Positions 26,055-34,633 of a stretch of 40,816 nt of DNA are shown here, one piece after another (the first letter of the stretch is position 1; each line of letters opens with the position of its first letter). Source of the DNA: a virus (taxonomy: Duplodnaviria > Caudoviricetes). Location: IMG/VR virus record IMGVR_UViG_3300043748_000042, positions 1 through 40,816 of that record. The stretch is one strand, 5' to 3'. The notes beneath the pieces are model-generated. The model ran no database searches and was not told the DNA's origin. It saw only the letters and a program-made list of their open reading frames with translations. The position numbers and the translations under genes are program-made.

Positions 26055-26432
26055 TCAGAGCAGCGCGTCCTGCACTGCGGTGGTGATGCCGTGCTCGGCG
26101 TCCGGCCCAGCGGCGTCCAGCGCCGGGCCGAGGTGCGGGAGCGGGGCGTTGTGGCTGGTGCCGTACTCGATGATGTTGCCGAGCGCGCCCTGGGCCAGCT
26201 GCTTGTCGGGCCCGATCTCGGCCTCGACCCCGCCCGGGGTCGGCTTGATGTCGTAGGTGATCGACCGCGGGTACTGCGGCAGGTAGCGGTGTCCGGAGAT
26301 CCGCTGGCGGGCGTCATCGCGGATCGTGCGCGCCGTGACCTCGACCGCCTTGGCGGCGTACGTCCGCAGCTTCAGGGGCGCCCCGTCCAGTGCGGCGACC
26401 AGCTCCTGCAGGCCGGTGATGATCAGGCTCAA
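26055..26432 (-). CDS. HK97 gp10-like tail completion/neck protein
   Basis: IIEYGTSHNAPLPHLGPAL; AGGAGG SD, TTGA overlap. Confidence 0.75.
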   Translation of the reverse strand: MSLIITGLQELVAALDGAPLKLRTYAAKAVEVTARTIRDDARQRISGHRYLPQYPRSITYDIKPTPGGVEAEIGPDKQLAQGALGNIIEYGTSHNAPLPHLGPALDAAGPDAEHGITTAVQDALL

Positions 26433-26793
26433 CGCGCCTCCTGATTGCGGTAGATGCTGACCTGCAGGCCCTCGGGGCGGGTGCCGTCCTCCTGGACGGC
26501 GGCCATGCGCCGGGCGCCGGCCGCGCACGCGTGGCAGCGCACCACCTGCGCGTCGTACCGGTACTCGGCCTCGGCGGCGGTGGTCTCACCGGTCGGGTGA
26601 CCGCAGTCGCGGCACGCCGCGGCCTCGACCTCCAGCAGGGCGAGCGCCCACCAGCGGTCCTCCGGCAGCCACAGCGGCTCGCCCGGGCCGGGCGTCGGCC
26701 GACCGAGCAGGATGGAGCGGGGGACGCCCCAGGCCCGGGCGGCCTCCACCTCGCTGCGGTACGGGAGCCGGCCGTCCCGCAACCGCGCGACTA
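26429..26793 (-). CDS. Tail assembly chaperone frameshift extension (gpT-like)
   Basis: Open in the -1 frame directly from the slippery site CCCTTTC at 26794-26800. Confidence 0.75.
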
Positions 26794-27264
26794 GAAAGGG
26801 AGGGGCGACGGCTCCTCGTTCACGGCGAGGACGGCGCCGAACAGGGCCTGGGCGGTGCCGTGGTTGACGCGGTCGAGCAGCTGGCTGACCTGCGCCGGGC
26901 TCAGAGTCGGTGAGATGCAGCAGGCGGCCAGCAGCGCCGGGAGAAGCGTGTCAGGGTCGTACAGGTCGTTCTTCCCGGGCGCCGGAGGATGGGCACCGAG
27001 CAGCCGGGTGAACGCAAGATGCCCGAGCGCCTGGAGGCGGAACTCGACCGTGGCGGCCGCCAGTTCCTCCCGGGCCCGCTCGACCTGCCGAGCGAGGTCA
27101 ACCCGCGGGTCGGTATCGCCGAGCGAGCCGGGCTCCCAGTCTGCCAGCTCGGCGTGCTCGGCCTGGAGTTCGGCCAGTCGTTCCGCGGCTGTGCCGTCCA
27201 GGCAGACGGGCACGGACACCACGCGCGGCGCCGCGGTGTCGAGCAGGTGGCTGATGTCGGGCAT
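26791..27264 (-). CDS. Tail assembly chaperone (gpG-like)
   Basis: Follows the major tail gene; ends C CCT TTC TAG. Confidence 0.8.
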   Translation of the reverse strand: MPDISHLLDTAAPRVVSVPVCLDGTAAERLAELQAEHAELADWEPGSLGDTDPRVDLARQVERAREELAAATVEFRLQALGHLAFTRLLGAHPPAPGKNDLYDPDTLLPALLAACCISPTLSPAQVSQLLDRVNHGTAQALFGAVLAVNEEPSPLPF

Positions 27265-27743
27265 CAGTTGACGATCGCGCGGGTCGCCGGGTCCGAAGTG
27301 ATCTTCAGCGGAATCTGGGCCTTCAGCACCTCATTCGCGGCCGGCGCCACGTTGACGGGCTCGCCGCAGGCGACCGGGTACACCTCGACCTGCTGGCCGG
27401 TCGCGAACGTGGTGGCGTACGGGATGCCGCGCCGGACCACGAGGAAGCCGGTGGCGCCGTAGGTGAGGGTGGTGTACGGCTGGTCGTCGACCGGGTTGTT
27501 ACCCCGCTTGACGGTGATCTCGGCGCTGAACGACCGGCGGCCGGGCACCTTGGTCTCGAAGGTGCTCGCGAGCGAGCTGGTGTCGACGTCCGCGGTAGTC
27601 GGGTCGGTCTTCAGGCCGTCGGGCGTGATCCGGAGCGTCCAGTCCTTGGCGGCGGTCAGCTCGGCGGTGGTCGGGGCGTTCAGGTTCGCGATGCTGGCGG
27701 CCCATGCCACCTTCGTGTTGCCGTCGGAGATCAGATCGGCCAT
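27264..27743 (-). CDS. Major tail protein
   Basis: APTTAELTA...PGRRSF...GFLVVRRG...GQQVEVYPV, typical actinophage tail tube pattern. Confidence 0.85.
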   Translation of the reverse strand: MADLISDGNTKVAWAASIANLNAPTTAELTAAKDWTLRITPDGLKTDPTTADVDTSSLASTFETKVPGRRSFSAEITVKRGNNPVDDQPYTTLTYGATGFLVVRRGIPYATTFATGQQVEVYPVACGEPVNVAPAANEVLKAQIPLKITSDPATRAIVN

Positions 27744-27770
27744 GAGGCTCTCCTTACCAGGTCAGAGGGG

Positions 27771-28103
27771 TCAGATACGGAAAGCGCCGACGGTCACTGA
27801 CGCGACCGCGCTGTAGCCGATCTGGGCGTTGTTGTTGACGTCGCCGTACAGGCTGGGGTCGAACGGGCCGATGCGCTGGGTGCCGGACGCCGGCACGGTG
27901 ACGATGCGGTTGGGCACGGTCAGGCCCTTGTAGTTGGGGTTCTGGACGGTGACGGTCACGGTGATCGAGGACGCCGCGCCGTTGGTGACCTCGACCCAGG
28001 TGTTCGGGGCGGCCAGGGAGACAGCGTCGCCGCTCGCCCCCGCCGAGACGGTGGTCGGGCTGATGCCGCCGGGCTGGATCGCCTGGATGGTGAGCTGTGC
28101 CAT
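27771..28103 (-). CDS. Virion structural/decoration-like beta-rich protein
   Basis: AAGGAG SD; VTNG..SSITVTV...VTVPA...IGPF. Confidence 0.65.
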   Translation of the reverse strand: MAQLTIQAIQPGGISPTTVSAGASGDAVSLAAPNTWVEVTNGAASSITVTVTVQNPNYKGLTVPNRIVTVPASGTQRIGPFDPSLYGDVNNNAQIGYSAVASVTVGAFRI

Positions 28104-28113
28104 GGAGAGCTCC

Positions 28114-28509
28114 TTACGGGGTGGACCGCAGCCGCCAGCGGGCCGCGACGTAGTAGACGGGGGGTGTGACCTGGTCATCGCGGGTGACCGGGGTGCCGTC
28201 GAGTGCCTCGGGGCGCCACCCTGTGCGGCCCGCGACGACGAGCGGCGGGTCCAGTGCGGCGTGGGCCCGGTCGGCGTAGTTGAGCGCCTGCTCGGCGGTG
28301 GTCCCGACGCAGGTGATCTGCAGCACCGACAGCCAGTTGACCCGGTCGTCCGCCAGGCTCGCGCGCACCGGGGCGCCGGAGCTGGGATACAGCACGGCGT
28401 ACGGCGGCGCGACACCCTGTGGCGCTCCGCCGAGGTAGACGGTGAGCTGGGCGCCGGTGAGTGCCGTGGTGACGGCGTCGATGTGCGGGAGGACCTGCGG
28501 AACCGCCAT
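28114..28509 (-). CDS. Tail terminator
   Basis: PPYAVLYP, QITCVG, RDDQVTPPVYY; synteny. Confidence 0.75.
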   Translation of the reverse strand: MAVPQVLPHIDAVTTALTGAQLTVYLGGAPQGVAPPYAVLYPSSGAPVRASLADDRVNWLSVLQITCVGTTAEQALNYADRAHAALDPPLVVAGRTGWRPEALDGTPVTRDDQVTPPVYYVAARWRLRSTP

Positions 28510-28519
28510 GGATCCCCCC

Positions 28520-28927
28520 TCAGTTGGTGTCCTCGACCGTCAGACGCCACGCGGTCGCCGTCGACCCGAAGTCCACCGCCATGACGGACATGGCGCGGCC
28601 GATGAGCCGGGCATCCCCGGACGCCGTGATCGTCAGTGTGTCGCCGACCTGCAGTTGCGCCGCGGTGGTTGCCCCGAACGGCAGGGCGACCTCGTACCGG
28701 GCGGTTACGGTGATCCGCTCGTAGGCGTGCCGGTCGTGCGGCAATCTCTGCGTCTTCAGGCGGCACGGGCCGCTGTACAGCGTCGTCACCGCGCCCGGGG
28801 TGAGCGCGCTCGTGACGCGGTTGAGCGTCGGCGCCCCGGCCCGCGTGATGGTGCACGCGTCGACCATCAGCAGCTGCTGATGCGCCGCCCGGCCGGCCGC
28901 GAGGACCTGGTCGAGGGGCCCGCTCAC
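28520..28927 (-). CDS. Head closure/stopper-like protein
   Basis: MVDACTITR...LYSGPCRL; GTGA overlap; synteny. Confidence 0.7.
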   Translation of the reverse strand: MSGPLDQVLAAGRAAHQQLLMVDACTITRAGAPTLNRVTSALTPGAVTTLYSGPCRLKTQRLPHDRHAYERITVTARYEVALPFGATTAAQLQVGDTLTITASGDARLIGRAMSVMAVDFGSTATAWRLTVEDTN

Positions 28928-29562
28928 ATCGACCGCACGGAGGCGAGGGAGACCATGTAGGGCGCCAGCGCCGCCTTGTGGGCGTCGGTCAGGACGGCTC
29001 CGCCGATCGTCTCGCTCGCGAAGGTCCGCGAGTAGTCGTCGATCGTCTCCTGCCTGAGCGCCTGGGGGTTGGTCAGGCTCATCGTCGCGAGGTCGAGGAC
29101 CACGTCCACGATGTCGTCCGGCGCCGTCTGGTAGCCGTGGCTGTAGGTGATCTGAACCCGCGGCGCCCACACGCCCAAGTTCCGGCGCGGCCAGCCCATC
29201 AGCCGCCCGGGCGCGTACCACGGATACCCACGGGTCAGCTCGTCGCCGAGCCGCAGGTAGTCGCGGTTCTCCAGGCAGGTGATCTGCACGCCGCCGAGGT
29301 CCGCCAACTCGATGACGGTCAGCGGGTTGGATCCGTCGACCACGAGCGGGCGGTCCGGGACCCGCAGGACCCGGTCGCCGCCCGGCAGCGTGATCGTCTC
29401 CTGCGAGACGAACGTCAGGGTCTGCCGGGTGTAGCGGCGCACACGAGCCGACGCCCGGCGGATCGCGAGGGCGGCCTGCGTCGGGTCGATCGTGCGCTGC
29501 ATCGCGGTCTGCAGGTCAGCGACTTGGGCGAGCGGCGGCGGTGTGGGGGGAGGCGTCGACAT
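28924..29562 (-). CDS. Head-to-tail adaptor
   Basis: ASARVRRYTRQ, ITYSHGY..APDDI, NPQALRQETIDDYS. Confidence 0.8.
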   Translation of the reverse strand: MSTPPPTPPPLAQVADLQTAMQRTIDPTQAALAIRRASARVRRYTRQTLTFVSQETITLPGGDRVLRVPDRPLVVDGSNPLTVIELADLGGVQITCLENRDYLRLGDELTRGYPWYAPGRLMGWPRRNLGVWAPRVQITYSHGYQTAPDDIVDVVLDLATMSLTNPQALRQETIDDYSRTFASETIGGAVLTDAHKAALAPYMVSLASVRSM

Positions 29563-29579
29563 CGGTCACCTCCCGGCGG

Positions 29580-29966
29580 TCACGGTGCGGTCGACTGCAG
29601 GATCGCGTCGAGGCGCGTGGTCAGGGTGGCCCGGGCGCCGTCGCCCTTGGCGCGCTCGGCATCGAGGGCCTGCTGGGCGCGGACCGGATCGACGCCGACC
29701 CAGGTGAGGACGGTGTCGATGGTGCCCGCGATGTCGAGACCGTCCGGCACCGACGGCTGGAGCCCCTCGGACTCCGGGTTCGGGCCGGTGGGTGGTGCCG
29801 GGGGCTGCTCGGGTCCCGGCTCGGGGTCGTGTTCGATGACCTCCACCGGCGCGCCGGTGGTGTGGAGGTGGTGGGCGAGGTCACCGATGAACTCGGCGCC
29901 CTGGCGGAGGTCGTGGATGGCGTAGTTCCAGAACAGGCGGACGTCGTCGGTCAGGCGCACGCGCAC
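29580..29966 (-). CDS. Hypothetical protein after the capsid gene
   Basis: GAGGAG SD; GTIDTVLTWVG.DP.RA..AL.AE...R.TL C-terminal helical module. Confidence 0.7.
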   Translation of the reverse strand: MRVRLTDDVRLFWNYAIHDLRQGAEFIGDLAHHLHTTGAPVEVIEHDPEPGPEQPPAPPTGPNPESEGLQPSVPDGLDIAGTIDTVLTWVGVDPVRAQQALDAERAKGDGARATLTTRLDAILQSTAP

Positions 29967-30024
29967 GGGTTGTCTCCTCGGGTTGGTCCGGCAGCCGCGT
30001 TCAAGCGGCTGCCGGAGGACGGAC

Positions 30025-31326
30025 CTACGCGTGCTCCAGCACCACGGCCCGCTTGTAGAGGGCGGCGTCACCCGTGAGGGAGTCGCTCGGAACGCCGAAG
30101 TCGCCGACGTAGGACCAGGTCGACGAGAGGATCTGCTGGTAGCGGTCCTGCGGCGGCCGGATGATGCGGGCGACCTGGACGCGGGGGGCGACGTCGATCA
30201 TGGCGATCTCGGGGACGTCCTCGACGCCCGTGCCGGCGAGCAGGCTGCCGGTGTCCTCGTAGGGTGCGGCGACCAGCGCGCCGGCGCCCATGACGATGGG
30301 CCGGTGAACGGTCACGCCGCCGCTGGATCCGCCCTGGACGGTCGGCGTCTCGATGTTCCTGACCCAGTCGAGGCCGCCGAACCGGCCGATCGACAGGTCG
30401 CGGAACACAGGAGAGTCGATCCTCCCCTGGAGTGCCTGCTTGAAGTCCGGGTCGGAGAAGAGCTGGGCCTCGGTGACGGCATCGATGTGCGCGGTGAAGT
30501 AGCCGCCGTCAGTGGGGACGTTCATCGACCGCAGTCGGGCGACGGCCGAGCGGAACATCTGGAACGTCACGGTGTTGGAGGCGGTCAGATCGTAGGCGGT
30601 GTTGGTTCCGACCGCGCGGATCGACACTGGGGCGTTCGTGGAGACGACGGCCGCGCCGGCGGCCACCGTTGCCGCGGTGCCCAGGGTCAGGGTGTTGGTC
30701 GAGGTGTTGACGCCGATCACCGTGTTCGCGACGCCCGCGATGGTGATGTTCAGCGCGTTCGCTCCGCTGACCGGGGTCGGTACGCCGTTGACCAGCACGG
30801 CGCCGAAGCCCGCGGCGGACTGCACAACCAGCGAGGCGCTGGTCGTGGTGGCCGCGGTCGCCCAGGTCCTGCCACCCATGTAGGCGTTGTACAGCTTGTT
30901 GCGACACACCTGGTTGATGGACTGGCCGGCGTTGACCCCGAGCGTGGCGATGTCGGCCAGGTACTTGCTCGCCAGTGCCATGCTGCTGCCCAGCATGTTG
31001 GTGTCCAGGCTGTTGCCGTACTGGTCCATGGACACGGACCACTGCTCGACGCCGTAGGAGGAGACACCCGGGTCGGAGCCGGTGGTCGGGGTGGTGACCG
31101 GCGTCAGAAGCCCCTTGCGGGTCATGATCTTGGTGTCGCCGAGGCTGCCCATCCACGGCTGGGAGTCGGCCCCGGCCACGAACAGGAACTGCGGGGCGAG
31201 GGCCTCCTGGAACGTCCGGTCGAGCAGGCCGTTCTGGAGGATCGCCTGGATCTGCGGCGGCAGCGTGGGGCGCACGGCGTGCCGGTCGAGCCGGAACCAC
31301 GGCCGCGCGGCGGCGAGCATGGGCAT
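30025..31326 (-). CDS. Major capsid protein
   Basis: 433 aa after scaffold/protease; N-terminal leader PWFRLDRH; ends KRAVVLEHA. Confidence 0.85.
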   Translation of the reverse strand: MPMLAAARPWFRLDRHAVRPTLPPQIQAILQNGLLDRTFQEALAPQFLFVAGADSQPWMGSLGDTKIMTRKGLLTPVTTPTTGSDPGVSSYGVEQWSVSMDQYGNSLDTNMLGSSMALASKYLADIATLGVNAGQSINQVCRNKLYNAYMGGRTWATAATTTSASLVVQSAAGFGAVLVNGVPTPVSGANALNITIAGVANTVIGVNTSTNTLTLGTAATVAAGAAVVSTNAPVSIRAVGTNTAYDLTASNTVTFQMFRSAVARLRSMNVPTDGGYFTAHIDAVTEAQLFSDPDFKQALQGRIDSPVFRDLSIGRFGGLDWVRNIETPTVQGGSSGGVTVHRPIVMGAGALVAAPYEDTGSLLAGTGVEDVPEIAMIDVAPRVQVARIIRPPQDRYQQILSSTWSYVGDFGVPSDSLTGDAALYKRAVVLEHA

Positions 31327-31329
31327 GTC

Positions 31330-31518
31330 CTACTCCTGTGTGATCTCGACGGACACGAGGTCCGGGTACTGCGCGGCCACCTGTTCGAGGCCGAGCAGGG
31401 CGGTTTGGGTGATGGCGCTGACTGCGGCGCAAACGCGGCCGTCCTGCTCGTGTCCCTCGTGGCCGCTCACATCAATGCGGGTGCGGCCGGCGCCCAGGTG
31501 GGCACGCACGTGGATCAC
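31330..31518 (-). CDS. Prp-family cysteine protease (minimal, 62 aa)
   Basis: IDVSGHEG...VCAAVSAITQTALLGL with the Prp catalytic His and Cys motifs. Confidence 0.8.
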   Translation of the reverse strand: MIHVRAHLGAGRTRIDVSGHEGHEQDGRVCAAVSAITQTALLGLEQVAAQYPDLVSVEITQE

Positions 31519-32126
31519 CGGAGCCTGACGCCGTACTTGGCGAGCTCCGCGTCCAGGGCGGAGCGATCGACGGCGCGGAAGTCGGCCGGGGGCGCCGGGG
31601 GCCGGGCTCCCTGAGACGGGTCGGGGCGAGGGCCACGCGGGCCGTCGGCTGGCCGAGCCAGGTGGGGCTTGCGTTCCAGAAGGGCAGTGAGGTCGGTCTG
31701 GATGGCCCCGGTGTCGACCTCCCCGTCCGCGCCGGTGTACTTGGCGAGGTCGAGGAACGCGGCCGCGTCGTCCGGGTCCGCGAACCCGGCGGCGGCCAGG
31801 GCCTTCACCTCGGCGCGTACAGCCCGGGCGGTTGCCGCCTCGGCCCGCCTGGACGCCGCGTCGGCCGAGGCCGTGGCCTTCTCCAGCTCGGTACGGTCGC
31901 GGTCCTCGAACTCGGCCACCTTCGCCGCGAGTTCCTCGGCGCGCTGGCGTTCGGCGGCGGCCTCGGCCTTCGCGGTGTTCCGTTCGGCCTTCATGGCGTC
32001 CAAGGCGCGCTTGCCGGGGTCGCCGAGGGCTGCGGTGCCGTCGGCCGACGTGCCCGGGTCGGCGTCACCAGCCGGGGGCGGATCGTCGTGCCGACGCAGG
32101 TCGAACCAAGGGGTGCGGGTGTTCAT
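31515..32126 (-). CDS. Capsid scaffolding protein
   Basis: LGDPGKRALDAMKAERN coil, FADPDDA, LLERKPHLA, PDPSQG; leader PWFDLRRH. Confidence 0.85.
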   Translation of the reverse strand: MNTRTPWFDLRRHDDPPPAGDADPGTSADGTAALGDPGKRALDAMKAERNTAKAEAAAERQRAEELAAKVAEFEDRDRTELEKATASADAASRRAEAATARAVRAEVKALAAAGFADPDDAAAFLDLAKYTGADGEVDTGAIQTDLTALLERKPHLARPADGPRGPRPDPSQGARPPAPPADFRAVDRSALDAELAKYGVRLR

Positions 32127-32175
32127 GAGGTGTCTCCCGTTGCGGAAGGTGAGCTGTCCTGGCGTTGCGCACAGG

Positions 32176-33210
32176 TCAGATGAGGTAGCCGTACCGCTTC
32201 AGGAGCCCGATGAGCTCCTCGCGATCGCTGGCCAGCTTGTAGATCTCCTCCGGCATCAGCCGGGGGGCGGTGAGCCGGAAGCGCGGCAGACCGGCCTCAA
32301 GGTCGGCACTGCCGCGGGCGTACCGGATGCCGGTAGCGGCCTCGGCAGCATCGCGCTTGCGCCGGTAGTACAGGCTGGTCGACGCGGTGCCCTTCCTGGT
32401 CGCCAGCACGGATCGTTCGTAGGCGTCAAGCATCTGGATGCCCTTGCGCGCATTGACGACCTGGTAGATGTCGGCGCCGTCCCGAATCGCCTGCGCGCCC
32501 TTCTCTGTGAAACGACGGTCCTGCTCCGCCCGGGACAAGCCGTTGAAGAAGCCCATCGGATCCAGGCGCTCCCCTGGACGCACTTTCGTCGCGGGGACCC
32601 CGTAGCACTGGCACCTCTTGTGCCGCTGGAAGTCGGCGTTGTACTTGTACCAGCGGCCGGACAGGATCGCGCACCGCGCGCACGCGCCCGGGCGGACGCG
32701 CCGGATGTAGCCGGTCACCTGGCGGTTGCCGACCATGGCCACCCCGGCCGCGCTGGATCCGGCGTCCGCGACCTCGGAGGCCACCATGCGCTGGAGGTCC
32801 AGCATCCCCTTGAGCATGGACTGTTGGAGCGTTAGGCCGCCCTGGAGCAGGGTCTTCGTGCGGATCACCGGCAGGTAGAGCAGGCTTTCCAGCGGCCGGC
32901 CGTCGGCCGCGCTCAGGGTGAAGGCGCGGGCCGGGACGCGGGTGGCGCCGGCCTGGTAGTCGGAGGTGAGGCCGTCGGCGCTCACCATGGCGTCCACGTA
33001 CGGCTGTCCGGTAGTCGCCGCGAGGAGTTTGCCTGCCTGGACGGCGCGCACGATCCGCTCACCGATCCCGGCCAGCCACGACCCAGTCAGGTCGTCCGGC
33101 GCGAGCTGACCCCACAGGTCGTCGGCCGCGGCCAGCGTGCCGGCCACCGCCCGCTGCTGGGACTGGCCGTACGCGGCGACGATCGCCTCGTGCGGGCCCG
33201 GGTCAGCCAT
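32176..33210 (-). CDS. MuF-like/minor head protein
   Basis: GACARCAIL...FQRHKRCQC; located between portal and scaffold. Confidence 0.75.
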   Translation of the reverse strand: MADPGPHEAIVAAYGQSQQRAVAGTLAAADDLWGQLAPDDLTGSWLAGIGERIVRAVQAGKLLAATTGQPYVDAMVSADGLTSDYQAGATRVPARAFTLSAADGRPLESLLYLPVIRTKTLLQGGLTLQQSMLKGMLDLQRMVASEVADAGSSAAGVAMVGNRQVTGYIRRVRPGACARCAILSGRWYKYNADFQRHKRCQCYGVPATKVRPGERLDPMGFFNGLSRAEQDRRFTEKGAQAIRDGADIYQVVNARKGIQMLDAYERSVLATRKGTASTSLYYRRKRDAAEAATGIRYARGSADLEAGLPRFRLTAPRLMPEEIYKLASDREELIGLLKRYGYLI

Positions 33211-34633
33211 CGGCGCTGTCCGCCGACCAGCCAGAGACGGCCGACTGCGCGGCCGACGCTCCGGGCTGCGGCGGCGCGGTCGCGGGCGCCGTGGACAGGG
33301 CGTGCAGGTCGGCGGCGGTCAGCCGGGTCAGCGCGTCGTCCTCCATGGCCTGCATGCGGGCGATCTGCGTGGCGCTGAAACCGAGGCGCTCCCAGGCCAT
33401 CTCTCGCGGCAGCAGGCCGGCCGCGTAGAGCTTGGTGACGGCGTCGGCCTGCTGGGCGAACGTCGGGGTGGCCGGGTCACGCCAAATGGTCTCCATCCGC
33501 TCGGCTTGCGGCCGCACCTGCCCGTCACGGATCAGCAGGGCGACGCGCATGACGTCCTCCCAGGCGCCGCCGAACGCGCGCTGCCGACGTTCGGCGCGCT
33601 TGACCAAGCGCGATTCGGCGGCCCGGATCGCGTCCGCCGAGGGCGGGTTGTCGGTCGCCAGGCCCAGGTAGGTCGGCGGTAGCCCAGACAGCGAAGCGAC
33701 GATCCGAGCCAGCGAGTTGAGCGTCTCGTGGAAGTTGCTGAGGTTCGCCTCAGGGAACTGGCCGAAGGTGACCTTGTCGTTCCTGCTCGCCCACACGCGG
33801 CCGATGATCTTCGACAGGGAGGAGACAGGGCGGCCAGACGGGTCCTTGAAGTCGTCGTCCGCCAGCCCGGTTGCCCAGCGGCGCGGGAGCGCGTGGAACT
33901 CGGCGCCGACCATCATGTCCGAGGCGATCTTGCAGGCGGCGTCCGACAGCGGCACGATCGCGGCCAGCTCGCTCACGCCGTCCCGGTCGGCCACCCGGGA
34001 TCGGTTGACGAGCGCCACCACCGGCACCGTGCCGAGCCGGTGTTCGTCCTGGCTGATCTCTTTCCAGCTGCTGCCCGCGCCGTCGCGGTGCAGCTGCACA
34101 GTGGCCTCCGGCAGGTAGAGGGCGGCGAAGTCCTCCGCGCTGCCGTCAGCCCGAGGCTCCTGCCAGCGCTTCAGCGCGGCCACGATCCGCCGGGTCCGCG
34201 GGTCCCGCTCGGCGTACACCTGCAGGGGGCTCTCCACGGTGATGACCGGCGGGTCACCCCGGTGGTCGCCGGCGCCGACGATCACGTACGAGCGGCGCAT
34301 GGCCAGCGCATCCACGTGCGCGAGCTGGGACTCCTCGTCCAGGTCGTTCGGCTGCCAGATGCCGTCCCACAGGTCCCGGTCGGCCTGCTCGGCGCCGCCG
34401 AGCCGGAACCCTTCGATGTCCAGGCGCTCTTCAAGGGAGTCGACCACCAGCTGCGGCCAGTTGATGACCACCTGCCGCAGCCGGTCGTCGACCTCCTGGA
34501 GGAGCTCCGGCGCCATGTAGGACAGCGGCTGGCGGCCCTCGTAGTAGGCGTTCCACAACTGCAGCTGGGTCAGCTGCTTGTCGTGGGCCTCGGCAAGGCG
34601 CTTCACCCAGCCCACAGTGTCGAGTTCCAGCAT
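33203..34633 (-). CDS. Portal protein (SPP1 gp6-like)
   Basis: YYEGRQ, NWPQLVVDSLEERL, HRLGTVPVV, NPPSADAI, WRDP. Confidence 0.92.
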   Translation of the reverse strand: MLELDTVGWVKRLAEAHDKQLTQLQLWNAYYEGRQPLSYMAPELLQEVDDRLRQVVINWPQLVVDSLEERLDIEGFRLGGAEQADRDLWDGIWQPNDLDEESQLAHVDALAMRRSYVIVGAGDHRGDPPVITVESPLQVYAERDPRTRRIVAALKRWQEPRADGSAEDFAALYLPEATVQLHRDGAGSSWKEISQDEHRLGTVPVVALVNRSRVADRDGVSELAAIVPLSDAACKIASDMMVGAEFHALPRRWATGLADDDFKDPSGRPVSSLSKIIGRVWASRNDKVTFGQFPEANLSNFHETLNSLARIVASLSGLPPTYLGLATDNPPSADAIRAAESRLVKRAERRQRAFGGAWEDVMRVALLIRDGQVRPQAERMETIWRDPATPTFAQQADAVTKLYAAGLLPREMAWERLGFSATQIARMQAMEDDALTRLTAADLHALSTAPATAPPQPGASAAQSAVSGWSADSADG

